From the NCBI GenBank assembly GCA_024626585.2, contig JANKJI020000002.1, positions 113,133,462 through 113,154,888 of the forward strand: DNA of 21,427 nt, read 5' to 3'. The position numbers and the translations under genes are program-made. Below, one piece after another: positions 1 to 11,185 of the stretch; position 1 is the first letter of the stretch, and the number at the start of each line of letters is the position of its first letter. This DNA comes from Ginkgo biloba (taxonomy: Eukaryota > Plantae > Ginkgophyta). Under the pieces are notes generated by a model that was given only the letters and a program-made list of their open reading frames with translations, was not told the origin of the DNA and did no database searches.

Positions 1-1050
1 ATGACCCAAGATTTACACAATTTCCTCCAACAATGGTTCTATCCTAGATTCATTAGGTATGTCTAATGAATTAGTCGACATCTCCTTTGTACCTTCTTGT
101 ACAACATTAGTTAGAGTACTAACCTCATTCATCATACTCCCCACTATTGCATTAGCTTTCTTTTTCTTAGATTCTAACTTCATACTCCTTGTGAAACTTT
201 AAATCCTCTCATCCCCATCCTTTATCTAATTTTGTCTATGAAACCAATAATCCCTACGTTATGTGGGGGTTAAGCTCCTTTTATGGTAGCTTAAGATATA
301 TCGGTTTCCTAATGCTTAGCAACCCATCAAGAAAGCACCCAAATTCACCAAAACAATGATTATTGTATCATTGTATAAAAACAACGTCTAAAGGGGAAGC
401 AAGACCTATGAGTGATCTTGGATCAACCTCCAATCTTGGGCATGCAACTAAATCTTGAAGTCTTTCAAATTTCCTTGATCATTCACCAATGTGCTCACTA
501 CCTCGTATAGTATTTGGTTGGCATTCTTCCTTCTATCTTTCACCAACACAATTAGAAGGGATGACAGTTATCAACAAGTACCCATCATATGATCGTTCTT
601 GTGGTCCACCGTACACCCTGTTCACAATGCTTTCTAATTGTCTACAACAATTCTAGTTTGCCTTTTATCGTAACTTGTAATCAGGATTTGCATGAATGCA
701 ATCATTTGCTTGGGCTGCTCCTTCAAGCCTTTCTTTCGTGCTCAACATGTGATCTCACAATCCATAAGGATTACCTTTCCTTCATAGACTTAGACCATTA
801 GTTCATTGGAGGCACAAGATCAATATTGACTTGAAGTTTTGCCCTACCCAACAAAGAGGTTTCCTACAGTGACCATATGCAAGAATGCCTATGATTTTTA
901 TGAGTGCATGTACATATCTCTTTCTCCCTCTCTCAATCATTCAAAAGAACAATCACAATAAAGAGATATATGGAGGCAAAGTATTCCTCTAATTCTCGAA
1001 GATCACATAGAATCACATAAAACATCTCTTACACATGATTTGCAATCCCA
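1..1050 (-). mobile_element. Probable decayed internal region (5' UTR/gag-like) of an LTR retrotransposon
   Basis: The minus strand is purine-rich with broken coding-like stretches (e.g. KKKANAIVGSMMNEVSTLTNVVQEGTKEMSTNSLDIPNESRIEPLLEEIV*). It lies downstream (minus sense) of the LTR-like segment and of a degenerate tRNA-iMet PBS-like sequence (aagttggctttgtaacaa, ~1050-1067; 12/18 match to aacctggctctgatacca). No diagnostic domain was recognised. Confidence 0.3.
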
Positions 1051-1070
1051 AGTTGGCTTTGTAACAATCC

Positions 1071-2009
1071 TGACCCTTAGCCTTGTATGCCAAAGATATT
1101 AATTGCTTATATAAAACATGAATCGTTAGATTGNNNNNNNNNNNNNNNNNNNNNNNNNNNNNNNNNNNNNNNNNNNNNNNNNNNNNNNNNNNNNNNNNNN
1201 NNNNNNNNNNNNNNNNNNNNNNNNNNNNNNNNNNNNNNNNNNNNNNNNNNNNNNNNNNNNNNNNNNNNNNNNNNNNNNNNNNNNNNNNNNNNNNNNNNNN
1301 NNNNNNACACCTCCAAAAATGCCTAAAAAGCTCATCAATGAGGCCTCCTTCCTCCGTAGAAGATATTAGGGCACTCTCTTGGCAAGAAGCCTTTCAAAAT
1401 TTCACCATCCTTGCAAGAGAATGGAAGCAACTATGTAGAATGTAACAAGAACTAGAAAACAACCACTTCTACAAGAATAGATAAGCAACTAGAATGCAGA
1501 GAAAACATCTTAGAATGAGGATGCCTTGAATGTAAGGTCACAAAGAACAAGAATAGATAAGCAATTAGAATGCGGAGAAAACACCTTAGAATGAGGATGC
1601 CTTGAATGTAAGGTCACAAAGAAGACAAAAGATGATGCTTAGGGATTATCCAAGCCCAAATAAATCCTATTTATACAATAAGGAGAGACATTTAGCCCCC
1701 ATAGAGCCAGGCTCACTCCCAAAGTTGCCCTAAACTCTAGGAAACCATCTATGGTGAATTGTGCTCCATAACTAACCCTTGAAAGGGGGTGCCCTTGGTT
1801 GATATAACCTATTGGCCCCTTCTTTCCCAATTTTCACTCTCCTAATTACCCTAGCATGAGGTTGAGCCAGCATTTGCAATATAATTCACTGTGCATCATC
1901 ATTAAGCTTAGTTTAGGAGACATCCTTTAAGGCTACATTGCAAATGTTTCTTAAGGCCTTCTTTGCCCCACTCTTCAAGTTTGACTTAGTAGAAATCTGA
2001 GCCATAACA
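1071..2009 (-). mobile_element. LTR-like sequence (minus orientation), interrupted by a 173-N gap
   Basis: The minus strand starts TGTTATGG at 2009. A TATA box (cctatttatac = gtataaatagg, ~1666-1676) is followed by a pyrimidine-rich R/U5-like tract, with a PBS-like sequence just beyond the other end. It shows patchy collinear similarity to 11993-12560. Confidence 0.45.
1471..1622. repeat. 76-bp tandem duplication (2 copies)
   Basis: 1471-1546 and 1547-1622 (acaagaatagataagcaa...gtaaggtcacaaaga) differ at 3 positions, all transitions. Confidence 0.95.
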
Positions 2010-2656
2010 AGCTTTCATGAAATATACAATGATTACATTTGTTGCATTCCCTCCTGAATCATTTGAATATAATGACACATCACTTAACTTCCTACTACCA
2101 AACCCTAACTAATAATTATATTGACTTTATATTACATCATTTGTGCTTAAATTATGTGACACTTTTACAAAGGACATATGCACGACAAAAGTAATAGAAG
2201 CACCCATTTATGATGTCTAGGAACCAAAACTCATGTATCCATCGTGTAACATCGTCGGCTCAAAGTGCAACACTTGTAAGAAATTAAGGTGAAGTTGGAA
2301 ATAAAATTTGTACCAATGTAAACAAAGAACTGGATAAGTACATAAATGAGAATGTTCCAATTTTATTCTTGATAACAAATAAAAATGAAATTGCATACCA
2401 ATGTGAGGGCACTATTTGATTTGGAAAGGGCAATGACATTCACTCCCGTANNNNNNNNNNNNNNNNNNNNNNNNNNNNNNNNNNNNNNNNNNNNNNNNNN
2501 NNNNNNNNNNNNNNNNNNNNNNNNNNNNNNNNNNNNNNNNNNNNNNNNNNCAACACTTAATTATAACTATTCTTACATGAAAATACTATTAAAATACTAA
2601 TAGAATATTGACAAGATGATATTTTATGGCAATTATTTGCCATGGACATATACTAA

Positions 2657-2688
2657 TATAGTATAGTATAGTACACACACACACACAC
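2657..2688. repeat. Compound microsatellite (TATAG)3-(AC)8
   Basis: Read directly: tatagtatagtatagt acacacacacacacac. Confidence 0.9.
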
Positions 2689-2954
2689 TCATAAAGTAAT
2701 ATAAAAATATTTATGCTATAAATACTTTAAAAAATAGGTATCCATGTAACTAAACCTCTAGATAACTATGGTAAGGTCAACATTTAACCATGGTTGGGTT
2801 AGTAATTAATAATAATTATTTTACCATATATCTAAACCCTCTTAAAAAATAGGAAAAACATCTAATTGATCATACCTTTTGTGTGCATGAATGTAGTTTC
2901 ACCTTTCCGTGCAACCCCCATGGGTCGGTCCAATCACGTATAGGGTGTGTACAC

Positions 2955-3440
2955 CCTACATACACACCTCAATGTACGCTACTGTGCGATTGTGTGTGAA
3001 AAGTGCAACATAAACCAATGGAAATGGACATGTAATAGAAAGATAATATCATATGCTTTGCAGGAAAAGAGAAATGTGTTTAGTTCAATTCATGTTGTTC
3101 ATTCATTCATGATTTTCAGCATGTATATTATTAGTAGTGAGGATTGCACATGTAATCATTCATTTCTTTNNNNNNNNNNGCCTTGCTAATTAGATTCAAA
3201 ATATGCACTATAAAAGGACTTAACGCAATAAAAAATTAAATTGAGAAATCAGATTCTCTACTACAATTCAAGTATGAAATCAATTGATAAGTGCAACTTT
3301 TCTTTCCCTTTCAAAATGAAAACAAGGCAGTGGAAAATAAACCCAAGAAGTTGAAAACCCTAGAAAGACATGTGATTCCAATGAGGAATGAGAAGGAGAT
3401 GACTAATGAAAGTGTTTTTTCCTTTATAAGAGGACTTAGC
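2955..3440. repeat. Dispersed repeat, copy A (internally shorter; probably a non-autonomous TE)
   Basis: Collinear with 10362-11185 from cctacatacacacctcaatg to ataagaggacttagc. The best segment (3291-3397 vs 11036-11142) has 6 mismatches in ~107 bp; other parts are more diverged. Confidence 0.92.
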
Positions 3441-4093
3441 TATTTGTTGTGGAGAGCGAGGGGGAAGAAATACAACACACAACTAGATTTCAATCCCACT
3501 AAAGCCTATAGGGAAATAATTAGGGATTGCTATAAGCAAAACTAAAAAATACAAACAAGCCAATGTCAGGAAATCCATATTTAAAGTTGGATTCAATTCT
3601 AACTACTTGTTTTTAAATTTCCTTTTTAAATTTCTTTCAAAATCACAGAAAAGAAATATGAATAAAGGTTAGAATGTCCACACCTAAATTTGGGGCAATG
3701 AAGGTCATGAAACTGATTATAGAAGTTTAAAATTTAACTTCTTCTTGTAATGACTCTGTCCTTTAAAATTGAATTCAACAATGAAGAGAAAATTTGATGA
3801 GCCTGCAAAATTCCTCCATCTTGCTAATTGTTGTTCCAAGTATGTGAAAGGATCAAGATTGAAACTTTAGTGTAAGGAAAAATAAAACTTTAAGAGCGCA
3901 GGCTTAGGATGGGCTACAAAAGGAACTAACAACTCATAATTAGAGAAATGCAGGGGACAAGGAATATAAAATTAGCTTAACGCCTCTATGCTAAAGCTTG
4001 TGATGAGTGTTTGTAGTAAAACATTGGTAGCATCATCTCACCTAAACCTAAATTGCCTCCCCTTTGAGAATTTTTGGGGATAAATTTATACAT

Positions 4094-4110
4094 AAAGGGG
4101 GGAGATGCTG
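4094..4110 (+). mobile_element. Polypurine tract followed by TG (possible Ty1/copia PPT/3' LTR junction)
   Basis: aaaggggggaga-TGCTG. It is preceded by frameshifted LT/KP/LNCLPFENFW/DKF, faintly like the copia RNase H C-terminus (LTKPL...F..FRDKL). Confidence 0.3.
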
Positions 4111-4705
4111 GCCAATAAGAACCTTACACTCAAAAATTACATGCATCCATGAAAGAAGACAAAAAAACAACCTCGTCTGTTTGGAAAATAGATGAGTTGT
4201 TTGGGATTATATAAAAAAAAATATTATTTTTTTCCTTTAGAAATGNNNNNNNNNNNNNNNNNNNNNNNNNNNNNNNNNNNNNNNNNNNNNNNNNNNNNNN
4301 NNNNNNNNNNNNNNNNNNNNNNNNNNNNNNNNNNNNNNNNNNNNNNNNNNNNNNNNNNNNNNNNNNNNNNNNNNNNNNNNNNNNNNNNNNNNNNNNNNNN
4401 NNNNNNNNNNNNNNNNNNNNNNNNNNNNNNNNNNNNNNNNNNNNNNNNNNNNNNNNNNNNNNNNNNNNNNNNNNNNNNNNNNNNNNNNNNNNNNNNNNNN
4501 NNNNNNNNNNNNNNNNNNNNNNNNNNNNNNNNNNNNNNNNNNNNNNNNNNNNNNNNNNNNNNNNNNNNNNNNNNNNNNNNNNACCTAATCGACCAAAATG
4601 TCAATTTGAGAGCCATAAGCAGTCTCTTATTATAAAAATATGGATTTTATAATCAAAACCCCTAATTTTATGATACATTTTCTCCCTACTCAAATGTTTC
4701 TCATT

Positions 4706-4725
4706 AAGAGGGAGAATGATGATAT
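4706..4725 (+). mobile_element. Second PPT-TG junction (possible LTR start)
   Basis: catt-aagagggagaa-TGATG matches the usual copia PPT/LTR boundary pattern. No upstream pol was recognised. Confidence 0.22.
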
Positions 4726-5229
4726 GAATTGGGTGCAATAGTTAAAATCAAAGTACTACAATCTCAAGATGATTGAGGTGAATATGACACTCAAATTGAT
4801 ATAGTTATTGGTGATGAAGAGACCAAGAGTGTTGATGGAGAGGTTGTCTATGGATAAAGTGTATCAATTATAGGGAGGACCTTCTTAGAATGTCAAGGTA
4901 TAAATACATTAGGAACTGAGGAGGGTATGATGTAGATGAATCTATGAGAAATGAAAAATGGAGCATGAGTCATATTTGGTTGAAAATAATAATTTCATCC
5001 CCTCAAGAAATCTAGGTAACACAACATGACTGTTGAAGTGTTGGGACTTCCTCTATTACCTCTATTTATGAAAGTGATAAGTATAAAATTATCATATAGA
5101 TTTAATGATGAACCACAAGAGTCATTCTAAGGTTTATAAAAATGGTAAATCCAAAGAGACTCAGTGATCTAAAAAATATAGGTCTCCCATTAGTCACATC
5201 ATCTTCAAGCCCTAGCTTGTTTGACTTGT

Positions 5230-5450
5230 TTTAGATTTTTTTTCTATTTCAAAATTTTAAGACCTCAAAGGTAATAGAGATATAATTCAAATGTTTAGGA
5301 GGATTTTATTTGTTTGACATCTTATCCCCTGACAAATTTCTTTAGATTTTCCCTCATTTTACAGTTTTAATACCTCATAGGTAATAGAAACATGAGTCAT
5401 TTTAATTCTTAGAGCATATTATTTTTTTGGCCTAGAAATATGGTCCAAGA
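5230..5450. repeat. Degenerate ~110-bp tandem repeat (2 copies, trace of a third)
   Basis: tttagatttt at 5230 and 5341; acctcaaaggtaatagaga at 5262 and acctcataggtaatagaaa at 5372; a further acctcagaggt near 5496. Confidence 0.7.
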
Positions 5451-6067
5451 TCCCCTCTTTGTCAAGGGTACTACTTTCTTAACCGTGATGCATATACCTC
5501 AGAGGTTTAACGGACCAGTTGCTCTTAAGGCTTTTTTTTTTTGACATTTTATATAGGGCTTGTAGGAAGCAGGATGGTAGTGTGGTCTAACATAGGTGAC
5601 TACATCTTACGAGGCTGACGCTTCCTCCTAGGATTCTTGAATTCAGACTCGTGGGATGACTTCCCGATCCATATCCTAACTAGGTTGATATCGTATGAAC
5701 ATTGTGAAAGTGAGAGAGAGGTAGTTAGGTTCCATCTGTTGTTTCTTCTTATGAATCATGGGGGTCATTGGGTTATGTGAGGGGTGCACGCAAATTGGTA
5801 TGAGGGATAGGAAGCAAAATGGATGTAATACATTTTCTCGATATATATTTATTTTTTGGCTTTTTCTGTATTTAAGAAAAAGAGGACATATATACAGAAA
5901 ATTGCGAAGTAGTTGTTTGCAGNNNNNNNNNNNNNNNNNNNNNNNNNNNNNNNNNNNNNNNNNNNNNNNNNNNNNACGACTAGATTTCGCATAAGGGCAA
6001 CCGTGATTCGCCTCATTATGACGATTTCGAGCCAAAGAGTACCATAATCTTGCATCAACCTCAACCA

Positions 6068-6255
6068 AATGATGACATGGCGGCATGGGATGGCATGGCA
6101 ACGTGATGACGTGGCAATAGTTAAGGTGGTCAAACCTGTCCAAGTCAAGTCAAAATTGGTCAAAGTCTAGCCAAATTGGTCAAACCCAATCAAAATCGGT
6201 CAAAACCGGTCACAAACTACTCAAATCAGTCACAATCCAGTCAAAGGCGGTCGAA
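6068..6255. repeat. TE-terminal-type array: tgacgtggca-like motifs then ~10-bp (aaaYYggtca)n units
   Basis: atgacatggc and atgacgtggca, then ggtcaaa/gtcaa/ggtcaca repeated more than 10 times at about 5-10 bp spacing. Confidence 0.75.
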
Positions 6256-6266
6256 GAAGGTTGTAC

Positions 6267-6378
6267 AAGCCATACAATAGTAAATGATGACATCAACAAA
6301 AGCTATACATCAGTAAATGATGACGTCAACCAAGAAGCCGTACAACAGATAATGGTGACATCAGCAATAAGGCTGTGT
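6267..6378. repeat. 33-35 bp tandem repeat, 3 copies plus a partial
   Basis: aagccatacaatagtaaatgatgacatcaacaa (6267), aagctatacatcagtaaatgatgacgtcaaccaag (6300), aagccgtacaacagataatggtgacatcagcaat (6335). Confidence 0.85.
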
Positions 6379-6620
6379 AGCCAGAACAGGAGCATTAAAT
6401 GCATATTAAACCGATTTATGAGGAGATAGAAAAACACAGATTTATTAAGGAGGAANNNNNNNNNNNNNNNNNNNNNNNNNNNNNNNNNNNNNNNNNNNNN
6501 NNNNNNNNNNNNNNNNNNNNNNNNNNNNNNNNNNNNNNNNNNNNNNNNNNNNNNNTTTGTCATTTTAATCATCATCAACTAATATATTTATTTTTCTTTT
6601 CTCCATTGTGAGAACATTAT

Positions 6621-6702
6621 CTTTTAGGAGCAGAGTGCTCCTCCTTACTTTTAGGAAGCAGAGTGCTCCCTCTCTCTCTATTTGGATAACAGAGTACTAT
6701 CC
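6621..6702. repeat. Short triple repeat (ttttaggagcagagtgctcc) in an LTR-like pyrimidine-rich segment
   Basis: Copies at 6621 and 6648, and a degenerate one at 6681. Confidence 0.75.
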
Positions 6703-7497
6703 TTGTTATCATATACTCCCTTGTGAAGACTAGATTGTTGTTACTTCGTTGATATTGTTAGATCTGTCTCTTTTCTGATTGTTGNNNNNNNNNNNNNNNN
6801 NNNNNNNNNNNNNNGCCACCTTTTGCTATTCATCCTCCATATAACCTTATTCATTGATCATCCTTTCTGTCATACATACCAGTCCATATCATACCCCATT
6901 ACCATCAATTCCGACCACCATTTTATATCCATCCTTCTTATCTACATATCGCTTATTATTCATCATTTTCCTTGCTGTTTATTTTTCTATTCGCCCTTGC
7001 CACCACATCCATATCTTGCATTGCCTTGACCTGAACAGATCTAAAATCCTCTATCAGATCTAATACACTTTTGAACGGATCCATTTTCCTTGCCAAATCC
7101 ATCACTATAGTCCATTGCCATATTGCACATTGTTGCCATCCTCCACAATTGCCATAATTAGTTAGACCTACGACGCACTTTTGTAGTCATTGCCATTTAT
7201 CGATTCTAAGTTGCAGCCACAACTAGTGACCTGCTTGCAGCCTCACCTTAGATGCACAGTCCTCCACCTTCTTTATTTGCATACCCATTGTCGACTTGCT
7301 CTAGCCTCACCGTAGCTGCACAATTCTCATACATCATCGTCGTTCTCTGTCGTTTGCTCTCACACTTGCTGCTGCCCAAAAAGCTTCACACAATGAATGT
7401 CGTAGCAGTTGNNNNNNNNNNNNNNNNNNNNNNNNNTGCTTAGTGTCTTGTTTTTTTTTTTTTTTTTGGATCAAACATTAGTGGTAATTTAAAAAAA

Positions 7498-7544
7498 AGA
7501 ATATTCCTTGGAATATTCTCGTAAGAATATTCTTTAGAATATTT
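7498..7544. repeat. Four tandem self-complementary GAATATTC octamers
   Basis: gaatattc at 7499, 7511 and 7525; gaatattt at 7537. Confidence 0.85.
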
Positions 7545-7670
7545 TTAGAGTTTTAGTCAAAGACCCACGTCAAAGATAACCTTGAGAAAAAGAGTGGAAA
7601 TCAGAGCAGTTGGAATCCAACTTTCAATAGAATGGACTGAGAAGAATTTGAAATCATTTTCCTAGAAAGT

Positions 7671-8007
7671 ATGGAGAAAGTGCTTCGAAAATTAATTCGT
7701 CAACAAGAATTGGGAAGGGCCAAAAAAGATCATCCTCTTGATAAAGAGATAGAACTCGACGAAGGAGAAGAAAATGACTTTAAAGATATGAACACAAATG
7801 GAAATTATCCTCCTGAAGAAGATCCAGACATAGAAGACGATTTGGAATTGGAAGAACTCGATGACGAAAATAAAGATTTGACCATTAAAGTATCCATTCT
7901 GGATGGCGAGAATGTAGATGATAGTTTTTTGGCAGTCAATGACTAAGACATCGTCGAGTGCACCCCAGAGAAGATTGAAGAAGAAGAGAATCCTCTAGAC
8001 AAAGGGC
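7671..8007 (+). pseudogene. Highly acidic ORF fragment, probably TE-encoded; one internal stop, runs into an 879-N gap
   Basis: MEKVLRKLIRQQELGRAKKDHPLDKEIELDEGEEND...FLAVND*DIVECTPEKIEEEENPLDKG. The D/E-rich frame continues past the TAA at 7944-7946. Confidence 0.5.
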
Positions 8008-8886
8008 NNNNNNNNNNNNNNNNNNNNNNNNNNNNNNNNNNNNNNNNNNNNNNNNNNNNNNNNNNNNNNNNNNNNNNNNNNNNNNNNNNNNNNNNNNNNN
8101 NNNNNNNNNNNNNNNNNNNNNNNNNNNNNNNNNNNNNNNNNNNNNNNNNNNNNNNNNNNNNNNNNNNNNNNNNNNNNNNNNNNNNNNNNNNNNNNNNNNN
8201 NNNNNNNNNNNNNNNNNNNNNNNNNNNNNNNNNNNNNNNNNNNNNNNNNNNNNNNNNNNNNNNNNNNNNNNNNNNNNNNNNNNNNNNNNNNNNNNNNNNN
8301 NNNNNNNNNNNNNNNNNNNNNNNNNNNNNNNNNNNNNNNNNNNNNNNNNNNNNNNNNNNNNNNNNNNNNNNNNNNNNNNNNNNNNNNNNNNNNNNNNNNN
8401 NNNNNNNNNNNNNNNNNNNNNNNNNNNNNNNNNNNNNNNNNNNNNNNNNNNNNNNNNNNNNNNNNNNNNNNNNNNNNNNNNNNNNNNNNNNNNNNNNNNN
8501 NNNNNNNNNNNNNNNNNNNNNNNNNNNNNNNNNNNNNNNNNNNNNNNNNNNNNNNNNNNNNNNNNNNNNNNNNNNNNNNNNNNNNNNNNNNNNNNNNNNN
8601 NNNNNNNNNNNNNNNNNNNNNNNNNNNNNNNNNNNNNNNNNNNNNNNNNNNNNNNNNNNNNNNNNNNNNNNNNNNNNNNNNNNNNNNNNNNNNNNNNNNN
8701 NNNNNNNNNNNNNNNNNNNNNNNNNNNNNNNNNNNNNNNNNNNNNNNNNNNNNNNNNNNNNNNNNNNNNNNNNNNNNNNNNNNNNNNNNNNNNNNNNNNN
8801 NNNNNNNNNNNNNNNNNNNNNNNNNNNNNNNNNNNNNNNNNNNNNNNNNNNNNNNNNNNNNNNNNNNNNNNNNNNNNNNNNNNNNN

Positions 8887-9490
8887 TATTTGTTTTCAGT
8901 CTACTTTTATATCACATTTGATGAGGAGATTGTCAAACAACTGGTGAAGTATTGGGATTCGACCACCCATGTATTCAAACTACCTATCTTCAGTGAGGTA
9001 CAACTCACGAAGACAGACATTTACAGGGTGATGGGACTCAATTGCACAAGAGAGGCGGTTGACCTATGGAGGTGAGTCATTGGTTGAGAGGCAGGCCTTT
9101 ATCCGAGCGAGTGCAAGAGGCCCAATGATGTGACCACTCATGGGGTAGTTATTAGTGTGTTTTAGGAGTTGAGAGTCCCACTAATCAGGAGGGTGACAAC
9201 AATGGTCCTTGGTGTTCAGGGTCTCGCACAACCAAAACTTCGACGGTGTGTTGTTTGGATTCATCTTAGTGATCGAGAGATGCACACAGGGTATCAGGCA
9301 TGACTGGGTTCAGTATGTGCTCGATGCTCTCTTGAGTCAGTTGGATTCAGTATGGTGGAGGGGCCATGGGGCCCTCACTTACAACTCATTCTTGTAGGCT
9401 TGGTTATTCGGGTACTTTCATGCCTTCTGACCTACCATAGTGGCCCCTATTCCACTTGGACTAGATGATCCTCTTATAAGGAGGTGGTAG
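8887..9490 (+). pseudogene. Plant Mobile Domain (aminotransferase-like PMD, PF10536-type) pseudogene, TE-borne
   Basis: DEEIVKQLVKYWDSTTHVFKLPIFSEVQLTKTDIYRVMGLNCTREAVDL matches the PMD pattern D..L..LVE.W...THTF.LP..E.T.TL.DV..ILGL...G.AV. After a frameshift come HDWVQYVLDALLSQL (Y.WG.AVLA.LY..L), FL*AWLFGYFHAF*P (LLQ.W..E.F...RP) and PLIRRW. Several stops are present. Confidence 0.82.
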
Positions 9491-10361
9491 ATGCCAATAA
9501 GAGCCTCACCATTCCATCCCACTCATAATAAAAAGGGAGGTACCATGCAGTCTTTATATATTTAACACTAGATATGAGGGTCATGGAATATTATATAGAT
9601 ATCCATTAGGACATAAATATGAAGATATTTAAAAAAGAAAAAAAGGGGGACAAAGGAGAGGCAAGCTAGAAGGAGGTACATGTTATAGGTGGAGAGAAGG
9701 GCAAGGTGAGGGAGCAACAAAGAGATCAACCCTAAACAAAATATGATGGAAGATAGAGGGTGCCACTTGTATCGCCACATGGATTCCAAGAGGAGGCCCA
9801 AGGATAGGGCCCAATATTTTATTTCATATAGGAGTAGAGGTAGATAGGTGAGCCATTAGGAGATCATAGTGAGAAAATTCCATATGGTGCATAGTTTCTT
9901 ACCCTACTTTAAATTCTGTTAATCGTAGAAACTTAAGAAGTATGCTAATTATCAATTTCATATTATTAATGTAGATATATCCATGATAATAATGGTGCAN
10001 NNNNNNNNNNNNNNNNNNNNNNNNNNNNNNNNNNNNNNNNNNNNNNNNNNNNNNNNNNNNNNNNNNNNNNNNNNNNNNNNNNNNNNNNNNNNNNNNNNNT
10101 TCTTCTTCTTATGAGATTTGGGTTTCTTTCCCTATGTTTTAGCATTGTGGTTAGGGAAAGGATTTTGATAGATTTGTTGCTCTTCGTTTAGTTTGGAGTT
10201 AGGACGCTTTGAATTGGAGAAGAGCCTTTGCAACTTCTGGAGTACAAAACAATTGTCTTTGTCATGACCATGGCACTTGTGGTAATCACCCCATTTGGTG
10301 CGATCTAAAGGAAGTCGACTAGGTTTCTATAGAGGAGAACACTCAGGTGAAGACTCCAGAT

Positions 10362-11185
10362 CCTACACGCACACCTCAATGCACGCTACTGGGTGATTGT
10401 GTGTGAAAAGTGCAACATAAACCAATGTAAATGGACATATAATAGATAGACAATATCATATGCTTTGTATGAAAAGAGAAATGTGTTCATTTCAATTCAA
10501 GATGTTCATTCATTCATGATTTTTAGCATGTATAAAATTGGTAGTGAGGATTACACACACAATGTAATCATTCATTTCTTTTCTCGCCTTACTAAGAGAT
10601 TTAAAAGAAAACTTTGGATTCTCTTTCGCTTTCTCTTTCTTTTCCTTTCAAAAAATATCAAGCATGTTAAAACAAGGACACACCCAAGAAAATCGCCCAA
10701 TCTAACTTTTAGGACAAATAACAAGAATTCCACTACAACAGGGCAACAAGGGACTCACTGCTTGAAAGAGGACAACAAGCCAATGCATTGCTAAAAATAG
10801 GGCAACAAAGCTACTACGTTGCCATAAGCAGGGCAACGAGCAACGATTGTGAAATATGGCAAAAACAAATAGAATTTCACATAAGCACGGGCAGTAAGAA
10901 GAGCGAGAAGGCCCTTTTGAGCAGTGAAAACCTCGAGTGCAACAAATATGCACTGTAAAAGGAGTTAAGATAGCATAAAATCAGATTGAGAAATCTAAAT
11001 CTCCACTACAATTCAAGTATGAATTCAACTGATAAGTGCAACTTTTCTTTCCCTTTCAAAATGAAAACAAAGCAGTGGAAAATAAATCCAAGAAACCGAA
11101 AACCCTAGAAAGACATATGATTCCAATGAGGAATGAGAAGGAAGCAACCAACAAAAGTGGTCATTCCTTCATAAGAGGACTTAGC
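10362..11185. repeat. Dispersed repeat, copy B (longer; extra ~340 bp at ~10606-10943)
   Basis: Same orientation and collinear with 2955-3440 on both sides of the extra block. Confidence 0.92.
10741..10899. repeat. Degenerate ~30-bp tandem array with a gggcaacaag core
   Basis: Cores at 10741, 10770, 10800, 10831, ~10858 and 10889. Confidence 0.75.

Noticed and set aside
1-40. Possible gag zinc knuckle on the minus strand (NCVNLG/H)
   Set aside because: It needs a frameshift and lacks the first Cys. The neighbouring frame EPLLEEIV*ILGH continues the upstream reading better.
6267-6378. 33-35 bp periodic repeat (and the 30-bp array at 10741) as a CRISPR array
   Set aside because: Eukaryotic context, degenerate head-to-tail units without identical repeats and unique spacers, and no cas genes.
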